Positions 62,625-64,000 of a stretch of 64,000 nucleotides of DNA are shown piece after piece. Within the stretch, counting starts at the first letter, position 1; every line of letters starts with the position of its first letter. The stretch covers positions 12,365,123 through 12,429,122 of the forward strand of contig NC_092380.1 in NCBI RefSeq assembly GCF_030028105.1, given 5' to 3'. The notes under the pieces were generated by a model, which was given only the letters and a program-made list of their open reading frames with translations, was not told the DNA's origin and made no database searches. The translations under genes were made by a program, and so were the position numbers. The stretch comes from Mobula birostris. Taxonomy: Eukaryota.

Positions 62625-63055
62625 TAATCCCGGGAACGAAAGGGTTAATTACGAGGAGCGTTTGATGGCTCTGGACCTCTACTCGTTGGTTTAGAAGAAT
62701 GGGGAGGGGGGGATTTTGTTGAAGCCTATTAGATATTGAAAGGCCTAGATAGAGTGGACGTGGAGAAGGTGTTTCCTACAATGGAGAGTCTAGGACCAGA
62801 AGGCACAACCTCAGAGTGGAAGGATGTCCCTTTAGAACAGAGATCGGGGGCGAAATTTCTTTAGCCGGACGGAATTCATTACCGTAGACAGTTGTGGAGG
62901 CCAAATCACTAGGTATATTTAAAGCAGAGGCCAACAAGTTCTTGATTAGTCAAAGTTACGGGGAGAAGGCAAGAGAATGGGGTTGAGAGGGAAAATAAAT
63001 CAAGTCATGCTCAGATTCGATGGGCTGAATGACCTCGTTCTGCTCCTGTGTCTAT
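62625..63055 (+). mobile_element. CR1 LINE 3' fragment
   Basis: NYEERLMALDLYSL...ILKGLDRVDVEKVFP...SRTRRHNL. Confidence 0.7.
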
Positions 63056-63331
63056 GGTCTTGTGTTTTTGTTGGAAAGGATTTTAATCAGTGACTGGACT
63101 CATCAACTCAGTAAGGCCAGGCCGCCCCTGCGCGCAGGATCGCAAAGGCTGTGTGTAACCAGACTCAACACGTTCTCATATTCCAAGTCCTTGGATCTTT
63201 CAGAGAACGAGGATGCTAACACGCTTTCAGCCACACAACTTGGGCACCTTGTCCACTCTGGGCCACTGCTCGCTCAGTCACAGCGAGATGTTGGAGAGAA
63301 GGGTCACCCCCCCAGAAACAGGCCGGTGGAA

Positions 63332-63624
63332 ACCCAGTTAGTGGATGCTGGTTACAAAACTGTCAGTTAGCTAAAACCAGTTAACCGAAATTGACTGGCT
63401 GAAACCAGTTAACAGAAGCTGGTTAGCTGGAATCAGTTTAGCAGAAGCCAATCAGGGGGGAACCAGTTGTCGGAAGCTAGTTAGTGGTCACCAGTTAACA
63501 GAAGCCGGTTAGTGGTAACCAGTTAGCAGAAGCTGGTTAGTAGTAACCAGTTAGCAGAAGCTGGTTAGTGGTCACCAGTTAACAGAAGCCGGTTAGTGGT
63601 AACCGTTTACCAGAAGCTGGTGAG
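63332..63624 (+). repeat. 28-bp minisatellite, about 10 units, consensus AACCAGTTAGCAGAAGCTGGTTAGTGGT
   Basis: Units start at 63375, 63403, 63431, 63461, 63489, 63517, 63545, 63573 and 63601, plus a diverged unit near 63332. Confidence 0.88.
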
Positions 63625-64000
63625 TTTGTCTGTTAGTTCTACACATTTTACCTGCCATAACTTTTCTGCGCTGGCAGGCTTCAGTGGCGAGAGCGAAGGA
63701 CAGGCTAACAATCCGATGCCTCTCTCCTTCTCCCAGGTGTGTGGCTCGGTCACTGGGGGGCCAGCTCCCCGCTACCCCAGGACTAAAATTACAAAGAGAT
63801 AGTCATGGACTTGAGGTGAGCTCCTCTCTGAAAAGGGCTGCCCTTGGGTATGGAGCTGGGATGAGGGGGAAACCTTAGATGAGGGGTTGCCCTGGTATTG
63901 ACTCCACCTCACAGCGAACAGAATCCAATATAAAACCCAGTACAGGAAACACCTTAAACGTCACTAACAATCAGCACATGACCCCACCCCAAACACCAGG

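Overview
Vertebrate nuclear genomic DNA, very probably from a cartilaginous fish such as a ray or shark (inferred from the repeat mix: HE1/V-SINEs, abundant Penelope tails, CR1, Rex1, Deu-domain SINE). Four spliced protein-coding genes were reconstructed. (1) THAP7-like, minus strand, 5' part only: 409-330, 200-45, running off the left edge. (2) ZBTB45, head-to-head with it across a CpG-rich bidirectional promoter: + join 5894-7472, 13730-13986, 611 aa. (3) RPS11: + join 35622-35636, 35876-36007, 37588-37663, 38333-38462, 39145-39268, 158 aa, hosting a SNORD35 box C/D snoRNA in intron 2. (4) DHDH, tail-to-tail with RPS11: - join 46391-46302, 45618-45507, 44268-44105, 41964-41712, 41556-41432, 40215-40065, 39744-39647, 330 aa, with one GC-AG intron. 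Most of the remainder is transposable elements: a decayed PNMA-gag Gypsy element, a second Gypsy fragment, a solo LTR with TSD, CR1/Rex1/L1/Nimb/L2 LINE pieces, bipartite RTE derivatives, Tc1/Tigger/hAT MITEs, SINEs and Penelope remnants. The most notable observations are minimal hammerhead ribozyme motifs in the Penelope tails, an unexplained multi-CCAAT promoter followed by a 28-bp hairpin/MYB-motif array at the right end, the relocated SNORD35, and inverted RTE copies around the large ZBTB45 exon. All calls come from reading the sequence and recalled family knowledge; no database searches were run, and TE boundaries are approximate unless a TSD or TIR is quoted.
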